NCBI GenBank assembly: GCA_964019335.1
Contig: OZ025762.1
Coordinates: forward strand, 126,740 to 190,739
DNA from: Diplonema japonicum
Lineage: Eukaryota; Protista; Euglenozoa: Diplonemea
Direction of reading: 5' to 3'
DNA: 64,000 nucleotides
Part shown: positions 32,338 through 43,320 of the stretch, piece by piece
Layout of the letters: every line of letters begins with the position of its first letter
Numbering within the stretch: the first letter of the stretch is position 1
Notes under the pieces: model-generated
What the model was told of the DNA's origin: nothing
Databases searched by the model: none
What the model saw: the letters and a program-made list of their open reading frames with translations, nothing else
Translations under genes and position numbers: made by a program

Positions 32338-33639
32338 TCATAACCCCTTCAACTGCGACAAGTCGAAATTACTCCGTGCGGGGCAGCACACGAGGAAGTC
32401 GTCCCCAATGCATGAAACATCTTTGAATGGTATATCGTCCATGGTACTGAGCGAGAAGCAGTGGAATAGGAAACGGCATCCTATATCCTCAATACGAAAA
32501 GGACGCGGGAAGATAAGGGTGTGGAGACACACGCATTCGCAAAGAAAAGAATCCTTGATGCTCACAATGCCACCCATCCCGGATATATCGACAGACTCCA
32601 GTGCAGAGCAGCGCGCCATGAAACTGTCGTCCAGTTCACTGACCAGCTTCAAGGGGGACAAATCGATGGTTTGTAAAGAGGTACATTCTTCTAGAAACCT
32701 GACTCCAAGATCGCGCACAGTCGACAAAGGTGACAGATCAATCGTTGCCAACGAGCAGCACTGGTACAAAAATCTGTATGAAATCACCTTGATGCTGCTC
32801 GGCAGCGCGATGGTCAACAGCGAACTACAGCCTGAGAGAAAATATTCGTCTATAAACTCCAACGCCGCAAGCCCGGAGAGGTCGATGTCTTCTAAACAAC
32901 TACAATCCGACATAAAATTCTTCCCCAGATCAACAAGGTTCTCAAGCGGTACTGCGGCCCTCTGCAACCCTGTACAACACGACAGAAACCGTTCACCTAT
33001 AGAAACGACCAATTTAAACGAAGCGAGGTCGATGGAAGCCAACAACGTGCAGCAGTTTAAGAACGCTGCTCCCACCACCTGCACGCACTCTGGTAGATCG
33101 ATTGTTTCAAGGAATCTACAGTTATACATGAAAAAATCCCCGATTCTACCTGTGTTGTATAGATGCGACAGGTCGATCGCCTTGACAGAGGACTCACAGA
33201 GGAAGTTGCGTCCGATCCCCGTTACACTCCCTTCGGGGTCAGTAAACTGTATATTTCGTGTGCTTAAGGGGAATTCCTTTCCAGTTAAGTAGAGTTCACC
33301 TTTGCATGCCGAGACGTTGACAATGAGAAGCAGCTCGGGGTCCTTCTCGCACCGCTTTGAGATCGTCACGTACCTGTGTTCCAACTCCTCCAACAGTACC
33401 TCAATAGTGCGATTTGAAGTCAGCTCTATGTTGCACCCTTCGACAAGCCCTACTTGGTGTACCTCGTTTACTATATCATTGTCAAGGCACCCTTCGTCCC
33501 AGTGTAGTGAAAAGGTCCCTTCCTCCAACTCTGTTGCAGTGGCTGCTTTCGTGTACAAACTTCCTATTGTTTCATTGCCGGAAACCTCTACCTCGTGTAC
33601 CTCCTTAGCAGGAGTTGAGATTAAGACAGAGATGCTCAT
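32338..33639 (-). CDS. UBL + BspA-type leucine-rich-repeat protein
   Basis: Start at MSISVLISTP. UBL (TIGSLYTKA...LHWDEGCL) followed by ~24-aa repeats IG..FL..C..L..IDL. Confidence 0.88.
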   Translation of the reverse strand: MSISVLISTPAKEVHEVEVSGNETIGSLYTKAATATELEEGTFSLHWDEGCLDNDIVNEVHQVGLVEGCNIELTSNRTIEVLLEELEHRYVTISKRCEKDPELLLIVNVSACKGELYLTGKEFPLSTRNIQFTDPEGSVTGIGRNFLCESSVKAIDLSHLYNTGRIGDFFMYNCRFLETIDLPECVQVVGAAFLNCCTLLASIDLASFKLVVSIGERFLSCCTGLQRAAVPLENLVDLGKNFMSDCSCLEDIDLSGLAALEFIDEYFLSGCSSLLTIALPSSIKVISYRFLYQCCSLATIDLSPLSTVRDLGVRFLEECTSLQTIDLSPLKLVSELDDSFMARCSALESVDISGMGGIVSIKDSFLCECVCLHTLIFPRPFRIEDIGCRFLFHCFSLSTMDDIPFKDVSCIGDDFLVCCPARSNFDLSQLKGL

Positions 33640-34822
33640 TTTTTTCTTCCTTTTTTTTTTTTTTTTGTCTTTTAAGCTATAAGAGATAAAGAGAGAGAAA
33701 AAAAGAACTACATAATTTATTCGGTCCATAGATAAAGTACATCCCAGTACTGTTAATTCTTTTCTTTTTGAGGGGGGCTTTTAAAAAAACTTTTTTTTAG
33801 TAGAAAAATGAATATTTAAATGTCGGAACCGGTTGTTCGATCTTCGGGCTAAAGGGTTTATATTATAAAAAAAAAAAGAAAATATTTTGTGCGACCACAC
33901 ATACACAGAATCATCTCTAAATTCTGGAAGGGGAGGGAGAAAACAAAAAAAAAAAAAAAAAAAAGAACCCCTATTCTTTTTTTTTTTTTCACTACAAGAA
34001 ATTCAGTCAGATTAGACAGCGGCGATTGTGGCACATACTGCCTCATCGTTCGATGTGGGGTAGGGCTCTCCAATATTACACAGGAGGCGCCCTTAAAGAA
34101 ACTTGTAAGTACAACAGGGTAAAGCCTGGAGAGATAAAAAGAGTCCCCTTTAAAGAAACTCTTAAGTTTGCAAAAAGGTAATTACAATGGCCACGAAGCG
34201 AAACCATCTACTTGATTACAGGAGGCGCACCGCACGAGGAGGTCAACAGCGAACAACACATCTGATGTACTTCTTATATTTCCACGTTAGTTCCACCACC
34301 TTAAAGAAACAAAAGAAGAAAAGAAAACGATCCTTCTTTCCTTTTTTTGCAAAGCCCCTTTGCAAAAAAAAAAAAGGAAGGTAACGTGGTTGTGAGGAGG
34401 TTAAAAAAAAAAAAAAAAAAAAAAGCAAGAAAGAAAAATGAAAGTCGTGGTTTCTTTTTTTTTTTTTTTTCTCCTCTTTTGCTGGAAAGAAAAAGAAAAA
34501 CACAAGAAAGCACTGTGTAAAGTGGTGACCAAAATGAATGACCTAAAAAAAAGAGAGAAAATAAAAAAAAAGGAAATCAGTGCGTTAGACAAGACGTTAG
34601 CCAGAGATAAAGGGCAGTTGGTGGTGCAGAACCAACATTCTAGAATAACGCATTTTTATGAGCAGGGGATTGACAGATTATATAAAACTGTTTTTTTTTT
34701 TTTTCTTTTTCTTTTTCTTTTTTTGAAAAGGTTTTCAAGCCAGGGCCTATTATCCACAGATAACTAAAAATGAAAACCAGAGCGATTGAACAAAGCTTTT
34801 GCAGTTGTTTTGTTAAGAAAGG

Positions 34823-34870
<48 letters not shown>

Positions 34871-34929
34871 AAAATAAAAAAAAAAAAAAAACAAACAAAA
34901 AAAAAAAAATATGATAAAGACTTTCCACC

Positions 34930-37674
34930 TCAAGGTGCAACCCAGACCCCCAGCCTGAGCCCGTCCTCGTCTTTGAGCCATTTTCCGAATTCCCCGCCGA
35001 CCTTCCATTTCGCGACTGTCGTTGAGGTGCCAGAGAGTTTCACATGTTTAACACTCCATCCATCATTGCCACTGGCGGGGATTCGCACTTCTCGGGGTAG
35101 CATTGCAGTTGTTGGCAGTGTGAATGAAGCCGTCGACCCCTTTGCAGGAGCCACCACGCTTCCCACCGTATGCGTCGATCCATCCCAGTAAATAATCTCG
35201 ATGTGAAAGGTGTCCTGTGATCCTGAGTAAGATGCGGTGGCTGTCTGCACCTCCAGCGTCAGGGCAACGGGCGCCACGATGGAGATAGCGTTTCGCAGGT
35301 CCGCTCCGCAAGTTTGCTTTGTGTCGCCAAAACATGGTTTGTTGCACTCCGCAGCAGGAGCAATCTCTTGCATTCCAATGTCGTTCCCACACCAGCACGA
35401 GTTCCCGTCCTGAACACCAGAGTACACCTTCCACCGTGATTTGCATATCGCTGCGCATCGCGTCACTGTTACAAATGAACCACTTTCTGCAAATTCTAGC
35501 CTCCTCGTGGTTCTATCGTCCACATAGCACCCCACATGAGCTGGTGAAGAACTGCGAACTGCCATTTTCTCCGCGTTGACGGCATTGCACCCTGCAGAGT
35601 GGCGAGAGCTTCCGATAATGTCCTCCGCATCACCACAACAGCATTCCGTGATATCTGTTTGTACCCCATGCAGCCCCGAGTGTGTGAGCCCGACAGATGC
35701 GCACAAACTCGCGCACTGCTCTGCAGTGGTTGTTGTGGATAATACTTTTCTAATCGGCAAGGTCTGTTCGCCGAAGCACCCCACTTCTATCACGGGGAAC
35801 ACGTAGGGCGTCACAATAGATGTGATGGATATCTTCTGAAGCCCGTATTGAAGATCAGCGATATACAAGAAAGACCCAGCAACATGGATTGAAGGACGCA
35901 CCGTTGCAGTAGGCAAGCTTGTCGTGAAGGATGGTTGGTGGGGGACGGTGATGTCGACAACGTTGACATTCGTCTCAGTTGTGAGGAAGATAGTTTGCTG
36001 GGACACGGCCATCGCGAAGGAAAAGGCCCCGTGAATATAATTGCTAACGACGACCGGCACCTTAGGCGATGACACATCTACCCCTATCATGATGGTGTCG
36101 TCTGCAACGTAAGCCATGGACCCCACAACCCTAACATCCCGAGCAGCAGCAATGTTTAACTTCCCAAGAAGCTGTGGTGATGAAGGATCACACAGATCGA
36201 CAACTTGCAGGCTGTCACCGTCAACCACATAAGCTGCCTTTTCAGAAACGGCCGCAGCTTTGACTGGATTCAGGGTTTTGAATATACCAACACGGCGCAT
36301 TGGGGTAACCTCCGTGTTCATAATGACAAGACCAACTGCAGCCGAAAGGTAAATGGTGCCGCCTTTGACGAGAATGTTTTGAAGGTTCGGCTCGGAGTAG
36401 ATCTCCAGCAAAACAATTTTGGTAGGGTCTCTGACATCTAAGACGAACACCTCTGAGGATGCAAAGTAGAGCTTTCCCCCTTCTTGCCAGGCTATGGCGC
36501 TGATCGTGTAAGGGTGGCTGTAAAACGCTATTCTCTGCATCGTGACAATATCAAGTACTTCAATACCGTAAGGGCTGAACGCTTTGTAGACATGCGCACC
36601 AGAGACCGCCACGAGGGGTGTGTACTCGGTAGGCGTCAAGGTGTCTACGAATTTATAGTTTCGATTAGAATTCACCACGTACCTCGACAGCGAGTCTTCC
36701 TTCAGAACGTATATGCCCTGCAGAGTTCGGATAAAGCGTATGTTTTTCGAACCCAAAAACCAATCAATTCGAACGAACGACGGCAACGAAGCGTTAACAG
36801 CAGTTGAGTACACAATAACCTTTGTGGTAGTAAGCAACATGAGGGTGGTACCGACCAGTTCTACATCGATGACAGGCATGTCCACATCGAAGGACGTGGA
36901 TTCGGAAGCGAGGCTGCCACCTAAGCTTAAAGCTGGTGTCCTGCCACCAAGTACATACACGTAACAGTAAGAACCCACCATCACATACATGTTGTTCCTC
37001 GTCTCGTCCACCTTAAAACTGCTGACAGAGCCTATACGGTAATACCTAAATTCGTCAAACCATCTTAGACCGCCGCTTAGAATCATTCTGATGCTGGATT
37101 TGTGCGCTCTGTACAGCCAATACCCTGTCTCCGCACCACCATAGGAGTAATATGCTCTGCCGAGCTCGTTTTCGAAAGATTCGTGAACAACATCCAATTG
37201 CAGGGTGTACACTCCTCTCATCGCATTGTACAGCTGTCCGACATGTCCTTCGACGTAAATAGTATCCGCGCTCTGCGACCCTATAAAGATATAGAAGATG
37301 GGCATGCGGATTTTCCGGTAGTAAATCTGGACGGGTTGGTCCCACTGTTTCAAATCGTATCCTGAAATATAATTGCCGCCCGCGACATATAGTATGCCGT
37401 TCACAGTGTGGAGCTTCCAAGCCGCTGAGATCGTTTTTAGCGTGCCCCACAGAATTGGGCCTCTTGCTGTCACGAGATTGTAGATCAGAACCCCTTGAGC
37501 CCCTGCTGCCACATAACCCTTGTCGTTAATCACTACGATGTCATTCAGCATTCGGTCGTCCCTTGGCTTGTTCGCAACGATTGACAGAACCGCCGCGGCA
37601 TTGCTCTCCGAGGTGCACAGCCAGAAAAGTGCAAGGAGGAAGGCGTGAGATAACCATGGTCGAGGTGGTGGCAT
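34930..37674 (-). CDS. Secreted LVIVD-repeat (beta-propeller) protein with WSC domains and PLAT-like C-terminus
   Basis: Signal peptide after MPPPRP. Repeats AYVVDGDSLQVVDLCDPSSP and AYVADD..GVDVSSPKVP. WSC motif VGCYVD...C...C...YSGVQDGNSCWCG...CNKPC.GD..QTCG. Confidence 0.85.
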   Translation of the reverse strand: MPPPRPWLSHAFLLALFWLCTSESNAAAVLSIVANKPRDDRMLNDIVVINDKGYVAAGAQGVLIYNLVTARGPILWGTLKTISAAWKLHTVNGILYVAGGNYISGYDLKQWDQPVQIYYRKIRMPIFYIFIGSQSADTIYVEGHVGQLYNAMRGVYTLQLDVVHESFENELGRAYYSYGGAETGYWLYRAHKSSIRMILSGGLRWFDEFRYYRIGSVSSFKVDETRNNMYVMVGSYCYVYVLGGRTPALSLGGSLASESTSFDVDMPVIDVELVGTTLMLLTTTKVIVYSTAVNASLPSFVRIDWFLGSKNIRFIRTLQGIYVLKEDSLSRYVVNSNRNYKFVDTLTPTEYTPLVAVSGAHVYKAFSPYGIEVLDIVTMQRIAFYSHPYTISAIAWQEGGKLYFASSEVFVLDVRDPTKIVLLEIYSEPNLQNILVKGGTIYLSAAVGLVIMNTEVTPMRRVGIFKTLNPVKAAAVSEKAAYVVDGDSLQVVDLCDPSSPQLLGKLNIAAARDVRVVGSMAYVADDTIMIGVDVSSPKVPVVVSNYIHGAFSFAMAVSQQTIFLTTETNVNVVDITVPHQPSFTTSLPTATVRPSIHVAGSFLYIADLQYGLQKISITSIVTPYVFPVIEVGCFGEQTLPIRKVLSTTTTAEQCASLCASVGLTHSGLHGVQTDITECCCGDAEDIIGSSRHSAGCNAVNAEKMAVRSSSPAHVGCYVDDRTTRRLEFAESGSFVTVTRCAAICKSRWKVYSGVQDGNSCWCGNDIGMQEIAPAAECNKPCFGDTKQTCGADLRNAISIVAPVALTLEVQTATASYSGSQDTFHIEIIYWDGSTHTVGSVVAPAKGSTASFTLPTTAMLPREVRIPASGNDGWSVKHVKLSGTSTTVAKWKVGGEFGKWLKDEDGLRLGVWVAP

Positions 37675-38195
37675 TTTTTTTCTTTTTCTTTTTTTTTCTT
37701 TCCTCTTGATGGACATGCAACAAAAAAAAAGAAGCAGAAATTCGATAAAAGCTTGCAGCGTGCATGGGGGGGTGCTCACTGTTCAGAAAGAAGAAAAAGA
37801 AAGAGAAAAAAAAAAAAACAATATATTCTTTAGGGTTTTTTACTTTACGCGTTCTTGCGCTCACAAAAAAAAAAAAAAAAAAAACAAAAAAAAAAAATAG
37901 CAGGAGCTCATAGAGCACTCGTGGAAAACAAAATAAAATGCGTTGCCGAACGCTATTCTATTCTTTTTCTTTCTTTCTTGGAAGACGACGGAAGGAAAGC
38001 AGAGGAAATAGACCCCCATCCCCCAGTACAGGGCAAGCTCCAGCGAAGAGCCACCCGCCCACTTCAGAAGATGAGGGGTCTGAAATAAAAAAAGAAGAAC
38101 AAAGAGTCAAAGGAGGTCTACTTGATTACAGGTTGTAGCTTCTTCTGTGTTCCAAAAAAAATAAAATTAAAAAAGGGAAACAAACATAAAAGAAA

Positions 38196-39200
38196 TCAAA
38201 GCTCTTTGAGCCCTTCAAGTGCAGCCCACATGGCAGCACCACCGGTAGAAGTAGGCGAAGCACAACCCGCGTACCAGACAGCTGTGCCCTTAAGGTTCTT
38301 GGACTCAATGAGAGCGTACTTGGTAGAGAGAGTGTGGGCATCGTCATAGTACATTTGATAAGTGGTTCCACTAGAAACGTATGAGAAGAACCTCGCATCT
38401 TGCGCTGAGGTGTATGCAGGGGGGGTGGTTGCCTGTGCTTGAAGAGCATCGGCCTGGTCAAAGGTGAACGACCATGACCCGCTGAACGGCATCGCCGAAG
38501 GGCAACCACCCTCCGGAGACGGCTTTGAACAAGGGAACCTGTACCCGTACCAAGGAAGCCCCAGCACTACCTTGTGCATGAGACCCATATCGTTGTACGC
38601 CTGCAGACCCTTAAGAATCCCGTCCATCGGGGAGTTGGGCTCTGCGGTTTTTGACCCCCAGCACATATCGTACGCCATGGGAATGAAGAAATCAAGTGTG
38701 CGGTTCAGGGCAGCGTAGTCATAGCCAGCTGTGGTAGCAGAAATACTGGTATCGAAGGTGATCTGTGCAAGTGGGTTGTCGGAGCGAAGGGCGGCCGCGG
38801 TTCTTTCGACAAGAGAGGTGAGCAAGTCGCGGTTTTCACTGAGCGCTTCAATGTCGAAGTTATAGCCGTCGTAGCCGCCCTCCTTCACATAGCGCTGTGT
38901 GTTGGTGATGAAGGCATTGACGTATGATGCGTTGGTGAGCTGTGTCTTGTCGAAGTCAGAGTTGATCACCACACGCACACCCGCAGCGTGTCCTGCGCAC
39001 ACCACCTCGTCGTTCATGTTGTGGAACTTCATGATGGTCGTTAATGAGCTCAGGTTGTACGTCTTCCACGCGTCTTGATCGGGCGCGAAGGCGATCACCT
39101 CCTTCTTCGCTGCGGGCGTTGTAAGCGGCTTGCACAACGATTTGTCCTGACACACGCACGCCAGTGCCGCTACACCGAAGAGCATTTGCAAGGCAACCAT
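38196..39200 (-). CDS. CTBS: GH18 glycoside hydrolase, di-N-acetylchitobiase-like
   Basis: Signal peptide, catalytic DGYNFDIE, plus MAYD, LGLPWYGY, YYDD..TL..KY and LKGTAVW. Confidence 0.9.
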   Translation of the reverse strand: MVALQMLFGVAALACVCQDKSLCKPLTTPAAKKEVIAFAPDQDAWKTYNLSSLTTIMKFHNMNDEVVCAGHAAGVRVVINSDFDKTQLTNASYVNAFITNTQRYVKEGGYDGYNFDIEALSENRDLLTSLVERTAAALRSDNPLAQITFDTSISATTAGYDYAALNRTLDFFIPMAYDMCWGSKTAEPNSPMDGILKGLQAYNDMGLMHKVVLGLPWYGYRFPCSKPSPEGGCPSAMPFSGSWSFTFDQADALQAQATTPPAYTSAQDARFFSYVSSGTTYQMYYDDAHTLSTKYALIESKNLKGTAVWYAGCASPTSTGGAAMWAALEGLKEL

Positions 39201-39517
39201 CTTTTTTTTTTCTTCTGTTCTTCTTTTTTTTTTTTTTTTAAAGTTTTGTTTTTTCAGAAAGCAAGAAAAAAAAAAAGAAAAAAAAATGGGGCTTTGGTTG
39301 CAACACTATTTGGCGTTAAAAAAAAAAGGAGGAGAAGAAAAAAAAAAAAATGGAATGGATAGATGTTTCGAGTATCAGAACTCGTATCAAAATAACTCGA
39401 CCTAATTTTTGCGGTGCGCCATCGTGTGGTCTGGGGATGCTTGTCACCTTTCTGCGGTTTCGGCACGTGGTGTAGCATCTCCAGTCCGACGGAGGGCACT
39501 AACCAGCGCAAAAGAAT

Positions 39518-39562
39518 TCTTTGTGAGACACCCCCTTGTTCTTTTCTTCGGTGGCCTTGCCG
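39518..39562 (-). mobile_element. Relic of family A retrotransposon 3' end
   Basis: tctttgtgagacacccccttgttc...ggtggccttgccg matches the family A tail tctttgtgagacgcccccttgttc...ggtggtcttgccg, with an internal deletion. Confidence 0.65.
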
Positions 39563-39619
39563 AGAAAAAATTAAAAAAGAACTGATTTCCACCACAGGAG
39601 ACCGCTATCCCGCACATTG

Positions 39620-40922
39620 CTATTGCACAGCATGTAGATACTTCTCGAGATCCTCGCCCCCTTCAGGGTGCAGCCTCTGCATCATCTCGAGAGCCTTTCT
39701 GTGGTAACGCAGCGCCTTGGTGTCGCTGCCGTTCTTCCCATGAACCGTGCAATGCGAAACATGGTGTCCGCAAGAACATCACTATCGCAGTCTGAAGTAC
39801 ACCTGCTGTGTTCATGTAAAGCACTCTCGAAGTACTTCAGAGCATCGTAGCACCTTCCTTGCTGCTCGAAACAAACAGCAATGTTGAAGGTAAGGTGGGC
39901 GGCATCCGTTGTGCCCTGCTGTGGGTACAGGGACTTCTCCATTCTAAGGGCCTTGTCGAAGTTTTCAAGGGCGTCTTCATATTTGTCTTGCTTTAAATAG
40001 CACGATCCCAACAAGAAAGCTGCTTCGACAGCAGAGAGGTCATTGTTTAAAACCGCGGGTTTGCAGTGTAGTCTCCCCGGGTTTGGTGGCAACGCCCAGC
40101 GTTCATCTTGAACTGCGCCAGGGCGACCGAATAATAATCCTCGTAAGAATGCAAGGAGGCGTTTACACAGAAGTTGCGCTCCTCTGTTTGTATTGCTTCT
40201 TCGTAGCACTTCAACGCCATGTTGCTTCCTTCGGGGAGGGCCTCTCCTAGATTATTGAGCATCGGGGCTAGCTTGTAACGATTCGACGAGCTTTCCTTCG
40301 CTATGTCGATTGCTTTGCGGAAGTGTGTGGCAGCAGAATCATAATCGTCTTTGTTGTAGTAAACACCTCCCATCGACCAGTGACTGAGAGAAATATGGGA
40401 TGCGTCCTGTTGGTCATCCCTTCCCTCCCAGAGTTTCAAGGCCGTTTTGAAGTGTTGCAATGCCTTGTCGTAGTAAGCCTCCCAGTTCTCGTGTTCCCAC
40501 GATTCCAACCTGTAGAGTTCTCCTATTTCATAATGGACCTCTGCAATGGTGCCGTCGCGTGTATACTCTGCTTGTTTTCTGGTTTCCGCAGATTCTTGTG
40601 AAGTGGATGAGAACAGAGATTCGGCCGTTTCCAATCTGTCTTCAAAGGTGGTCAGCTTCTTGTTGAACTCGCTCTCTGTCTCGGGGACAAGGACGAGGAG
40701 TTCGCTCTGGTCCTCAAAGGGGTGCGATGCTACCTGAGTGTCCCCCTCCAGCTCCGTTCCGTCGAAGCACAACGTGAAGGAGTCGTCGCACAGCCCTCCT
40801 GCCAACAACCCCACCCTCGCCTTCAGATCGGCTATGCTCTCCGTCCCCTCTGCCTCAATGGAGATCGTTTCATGTGTGGGGAGACGAACTTGCAGAGACA
40901 CTGGTGCCATGGTGGGCGTCAT
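39620..40922 (-). pseudogene. UBL + TPR protein, frameshifted paralog of 41414-42745
   Basis: Split across ORFs 40047-40922 and 39682-40209. Deletion near 40050-40065 and a 1-bp deletion near 39748 relative to the intact copy. Confidence 0.8.
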
Positions 40923-41413
40923 GGATACCTTTGTAATGTGTTGGGGTTCTTTTCTTTTTTTTCTTTTCTCATTTCCCCCACACCGAAAAGAAAAGGTAAA
41001 GTCATTCCTTTGTGGTAGGTGAAGTGGTTTTATTCACGACACTCTGAATATAACGATGGGGGCAAAAGGTTTGAGTAGATACCTGTTTTAGATTGACGTC
41101 AAATCGCACTTGAAAAAAAAAAGAGAAATCATATAAAAAAAAAGAGAATAGGTTTTGGCTAGGGAGTTAGAGGAAACGTTTTAAACATGGGTGAAGGCTT
41201 TTCTTCGCAAGAACCAGTCTTTGACTTTTCTAAACAAAAGGGGAACGTTGGCAACGTGTTTCGGGTTGACAAGCTTTCTCCAGGTTTTACGCGGAACAAC
41301 GCCAGTTCCTCTTTTTTTTTAGTTTCAACTCATCCTCCTCTTGGTCCCCGTCTGCAAAAAAAGTAGTGGAAAAAAAAAAAAAAGAAAAAAAGAGGCCATT
41401 GTCCCGCACATTG

Positions 41414-42745
41414 CTATTGCACAGCATGTAGATACTTCTCGAGATCCTCGCCCCCTTCAGGGTGCAGCCTCTGCATCATCTCGAGAGCCTTTCTGTGGTA
41501 ATGCAGCGCCTTGGTGTCGCTGCCGTTCTTCCCATGAACCGTCGCAATGCGAAACATGGTGTCCGCAAGAACATCACTATCGCAGTCTGAAGTGCACCTG
41601 CTGTGTTCATGTAAAGCACTCTCGAAGTACTTCAGAGCATCGCAGTACCTTCCTTGCTGCTCGAAACAAACAGCAATGTTGAAGGAAAAGTGCGCGGCAT
41701 CCGTTGTATCGTATGGGTACAAGGATCTATTCTCTCTAAGGGCAATATTGAAGTTTTCAAGGGCGTCTTCATATTTGTCTTGCTTTAAATAGCACGATCC
41801 CAACAAGGAAGCTGTTTCGACAGAGTTGTCATTGCCACATCCAAAGACGTTGTTGTAAGCATATAAGGCCTCACGGAAGTACCTTGCTGCAGCAGTGTGG
41901 TCTCCACGGGTTTGGTGGCACTTTCCAATGTTCGTCATAAACCTCGCCAATTCTAGTGAATAGCTCACTTCTTGGCAGCAAGGATGTGTCTCACGGAGGT
42001 CCTCCTCTGTTTGTATTGCTTCTTCGAAGCACTTCAACGCCATGTTGCTTCCTTCGGGGAGGGCCTCTCCTAGATCGTTGAGCATCAAGGCTAGCTCGTA
42101 ACCATTCGACGAGCTTTCCTTCGCTATGTCGATTGCCTTGCAGAAGTGTGTGGCAGCAGAACCATAATCGTCTTTGAAGTCGTAAACGTCCGCAATCGAC
42201 CAGTGACTGAGAGATACATAAAATGCGTCCTGTTGGTCATCCCTTCCCTCCCAGAGTTTCAAGGCCGTTTTGAAGTGTTGCAATGCCTTGTCGTAGTAAG
42301 CCTCCCAGTTCTCGTGTTCCCACGATTCCAACCTGTAGAGTTCTCCTATTTCATAATGGACCTCTGCAATGGTGCCGTCGCGTGTATACTCTGCTTGTTT
42401 TCTGGTTTCCGCAGATTCTTGTGAAGTGGATGAGAACAGAGATTCGGCCGTTTCCAATCTGTCTTCAAAGGTGGTCAGTTCCTTGTTGAACTCACTCTCT
42501 GTCTCGGGGACAAGGACGAGGAGTTCGCTCTGGTCCTCAAAGGGGTGCGATGCTACCTGAGTGTCCCCCTCCAGCTCCGTTCCGTCGAAGCACAACGTGA
42601 AGGAGTCGTCGCACAGCCCTCCTGCCAACAACCCCACCCTCGCCTTCAGATCGGCTATGCTCTCCGTCCCCTCTGCCTCAATGGAGATCGTTTCATGTGT
42701 GGGGAGACGAACTTGCAGAGACACTGGTGCCATGGTGGGCGTCAT
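41414..42745 (-). CDS. UBL + tetratricopeptide-repeat protein
   Basis: UBL (SIADLKARV...LCFDGTEL..HPFEDQS) followed by TPR motifs (IGELY..YDKALQHFKTAL; LGSCY..YEDALENFNIAL). Confidence 0.9.
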   Translation of the reverse strand: MTPTMAPVSLQVRLPTHETISIEAEGTESIADLKARVGLLAGGLCDDSFTLCFDGTELEGDTQVASHPFEDQSELLVLVPETESEFNKELTTFEDRLETAESLFSSTSQESAETRKQAEYTRDGTIAEVHYEIGELYRLESWEHENWEAYYDKALQHFKTALKLWEGRDDQQDAFYVSLSHWSIADVYDFKDDYGSAATHFCKAIDIAKESSSNGYELALMLNDLGEALPEGSNMALKCFEEAIQTEEDLRETHPCCQEVSYSLELARFMTNIGKCHQTRGDHTAAARYFREALYAYNNVFGCGNDNSVETASLLGSCYLKQDKYEDALENFNIALRENRSLYPYDTTDAAHFSFNIAVCFEQQGRYCDALKYFESALHEHSRCTSDCDSDVLADTMFRIATVHGKNGSDTKALHYHRKALEMMQRLHPEGGEDLEKYLHAVQ

Positions 42746-43320
42746 GGATACCTTTGTAATGTTCTTTTCTTTTTTTTTCTTTTTTTATTTTACTGCCTGT
42801 TCACTTTTTACTTTCATTTTTTTGGCCTACTTATTTATGGTTTCATGGCTTCTTGACTGCCGTGGACGAAAGACCAGCTTGTGAGCATGTTTCCCTGGAT
42901 GTTGCAGGATGAGGTGTATCCACCTCTTTGCCTATTGGATAGCTGAACTTCCCTACAGCGCCTTGTGTGCCGTTGGACCCAGGTTGGTGGCTTTGGCTTC
43001 TGATGGGAGCGAAGGCATATTAATAATAACAGGTTTGGAGCTGGGCGGTCTTGGTTTCTCGCTCGAGCAAAGAAGTGAGTCGTCACTATCTACTTACGCG
43101 TCAATTTGCTCAAATTGCACTTGAATAAGAGATGACATTAAAGAAAATGAATAGTTCTTTGGTTAGAAGAGGGGGGGGGGGGGCTAGAGGAGAAAAGAAA
43201 ATGTGAAACTAAAAATAAAATAAAAATTAACATGTATGGCCGTCCGTTCCTCTAAAGAAGAAAAAAAAGCTAAAAAAACGAATGGGGGGGGGGGTGTAAA
43301 AGAAGAAAGAAGAAAAAAAA

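Noticed and set aside
34190-34300. Second HDV-like ribozyme (ACCTCCTCGTGCGGT on the minus strand)
   Set aside because: Only P3/L3 is present. No P1.1 GG, P4, GCGAA or P2' partner was found.
42857-43120. Coding-like island upstream of the UBL-TPR gene
   Set aside because: No credible ORF and no recognisable homology.
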